This document shows positions 56,401 through 59,400 of a stretch of DNA of 64,000 bases, in pieces. The notes under the pieces were generated by a model. It searched no databases and was not told where the DNA came from. It saw only the letters and a program-made list of their open reading frames with translations. Every line of letters begins with the position of its first letter. Within the stretch, counting starts at the first letter, position 1. Origin of the DNA: a candidate division FCPU426 bacterium (lineage in GTDB: Bacteria; Oederibacteriota; JAAXVQ01; JAUVAV01); NCBI GenBank assembly GCA_040756875.1, contig JBFLYH010000001.1, positions 352,001 through 416,000 of the forward strand, in the 5' to 3' direction. The position numbers were made by a program, and so were the translations under genes.

Positions 56401-59400
56401 CCGGTTCGAGGAATTCGCGCGCAGAGTGCTGGAAGCTGTGTGGCCGGGCGACGACCTTCTGGCCGGCATGACCGGCGACTGGCCACTCCTGCCCGTGGAA
56501 TCCGGGAGCGGGGCCTTGCACCGTTCGTTCAACCAGCTGGAACAGGCCGGCCGCAGCCTGCCGTATTTCAACTTTGCCAGCGCCTTCATTCTCGCGCGGG
56601 AAGCGGGCCGCCTGCTGGGCAGCAGGCGGGCGCCGGGCGCGCGGCGGATCTACCTGGCCCGGGCCAGCGGCAGCCACTTTGAATCCGCGTTCTACCAGCA
56701 CCTGCTCGCCGGCCTGCCGGCGGACGCTTTTACCGCCCGCGTCTTCACCATTTCCAGGGACTCCCTGGGGCAGGACATGTTCGCCTTTCTGCAGCAGCTC
56801 CTGCCCGGGATCGCGCGCGGGGTTTCCAATTACGCCGAATACGAAGCCGCGGCCCTGGCCAGGCTGGACCAGGAATACCGCTCCAACCCGGCCGTGCGGC
56901 AGGCCGTGGACCAGATCTTCGACCAGGCCCGGGCAGCCGGGATCCTGGAAGGCACGGCCGACTTCCTGGTGATCGACGAAGTCGACATCGGCCCGTACCA
57001 GCTGCTGTTCAAGTACGCGGTCGAGAAAAACCTGCCGGGCGCCCGGGTGTCCCTGTTCGTGGGCAACAGCTGGGCCGAGGGCGATCCGGCCAAGGATGAA
57101 TTTTTCTGGAGCCGGCAGGTATTCTCCTATTCGCGCACCCGCATCCCCGATTATCCGGAGATGAAGCTGGAAGCCTTGGAGGAAGCCTTCGGCCTCAATC
57201 CCGAGCAGGCCTGGCGCCTGGTGGAAGGCGCCGGCGACATCAGCGCGGACCTGCCCCACCCGGTGCGCGTGGACCCGGCGCGGGCCCGCGAACCGCTCGC
57301 CGGCTTCCTGGCCGAGGCTCCGGAAGTGCAGTTGGGTTCCTATCTGCGCAGCCTCGTGCTCTACAACGGCGCCGTGGAATTCGCCCGGCGCGCGCCCGGC
57401 CGCCTGGCCCGGGCGGAGATCCAATGGACAGAGCAGCCGGCGCGCGCCGACGAGCTGGCGGAAATGGCCGCCGCGGCCCTGGAACGATCGGCTGCGGATT
57501 TCGAGGCCGGCCTGGACCAGGTCCGCCGGCTGCTGGAGGCGCGGCAGACGGAATGGCACGCGGTCCGCATGGTATGGCGGCTGCTGCAGCCGTACCGCCT
57601 CGGCCAAGGCCTGGACCTGGAAGCCTGGAAACGGGACCGCAGCCGCGTGCTGGCGCTCGTGGACGACACTCTGCGTGAGGAAAAACTTCTGGCCGCCTAC
57701 CTGTTCCGGACCCTGGGCGGCGCGGGCCTCGACGTTCCGCTGGCGCTCCTGGCCCGGGACTGCGGCCCGGGCATGAGCCTGCCCGAGTGCCAGGCCACGG
57801 CCAAACGCCTGGCCTCCGCAGGCCTGGTCCGCCTGAACAGCCGCGGCGAACTGACCGCGGATTTGGACGCGCTGAGCCGCCGGGCCCTGGCGCGCATCGG
57901 CCTGGACCGGATCAAATACGGCCGCCGGGAGCAAAGCCCGCCCACGTCGTGGCAGGTGTTTAGAAGCGAAATGAACAGCAGCCTGTTCCTGGGTTCCATG
58001 TACACCCTCTTCGGCCGCTCCTATTTCTACCGGACCAACGAGGAGCGGAAGGACTTCACCTACCGCAGCGTCAAGGCGCACCTGCTGGAACTCGGGCGCC
58101 GAAACGCCCTGCCGGCCGAAGTGCGCGTGCTGGTGGTCGGGTCGTCCCTGGGCATCCAGGGCTACGACGCGGCCATGGCCTGCGCGGACGCGCGCCGGGA
58201 GCTGGGCGCGGATTTCAAGATCACGCTGGTCAACAGCGACGCGCAGCACCTCAGCCTGGACCATGCCAAACGCGGCGAGTACGCGCCTGACTTTTTCGAG
58301 GAGGGATTCTGGGATGCCCCTCGGGCCGGCCGGTATTTCCAACGCCTGGCCGACGGCGGCGCCAGGATTCTGTCGCGCGCCGGGTGGCTGGCCCTGGGCG
58401 TGGACGTGCAGTTCGAGAAGCTGGACCTGCTCTCCGATCAGGACGTCCGCCGGGTTTTAACCGGAGGCGCGTTCGACCTGGTGGTGGCGGTCAATGTCCA
58501 CCATGCCGCGGATCCGGACAGCGAACGCCTGGCCCTGGAAAACCAGGAACGCCTGGTGGCGCCGTCCGGCGCCTGCCTGCACAGCCACAGCGAAGGCCAG
58601 GACCTGCTGCAGCCGGAATACTTCCGGGAAGCCTCCAGCCTGCTGCGCCGGGCCGTCCGGTCCGGCGCGCCGCAATTCCCGTACACCCGCATGGCCTTGG
58701 AGGGGAAGGCAAACGTGTTGTGGGGGCTGAGAAACGTCCGGCTGGCCGATTTGCCGGAACGGTTCAAACAATTGCCCGGCGGAGCGTTGCGCTGGCCCAG
58801 CGGCCAGGAAGGCGCCATGGCTTTGCTGATCCTTTCAGACTGGTTCGATGCGCCCCGGCGCGACCTGTTGTTCCACTTGCTCTTCGAACGCTGGGCAGGC
58901 ACGGTCTTGAAACCCAAAGGCAACCTTGGACGGATCTTTGATCCCGCCCGGCCGGAAACCCTGATCGCGGGATGGGATGTGTTCGACGAGTCCGCGCAAG
59001 CCCGGATCCGCGGCTATCTCGCCGGCCAGCGGGAGTGGCTGGAACAAACCTACGCGAAGATGCTGGCCGAAGCCCGGGCCCGCAGGCAGGAAGTGCCGCA
59101 TTTCGAGCGCAACCGGCAGCTGGCGGACCAGATCTGGCTGGGGCGCGTTTACCGCGTGGATGAAAGCGGCGCGCTGAGCTGGGTGCAGTACCGCCGGGCC
59201 GCGCCCGCCTCCCGCTGGGCGCAGGCCTTGTGGATCGCTTTCCGGCTGCCAGGGTGGGTTTTCGGGCTGATGCGCGCCACTGTCGTCATCCGCCAACTCA
59301 ACCGGCTGCGGGGCGCGGACAGCCTGGGCCGGGTGCTGGCAGCGGAAAATCCCGCGGCTGAACTGGCCCGCTTGCTGGGGCAGTCCGAAGCTGCGGTGCG

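Noticed and set aside
56560-57380. Possible HAD-associated/PRTase-like domain (IYLAR..., FLVIDE)
   Set aside because: Motifs too weak to assign.
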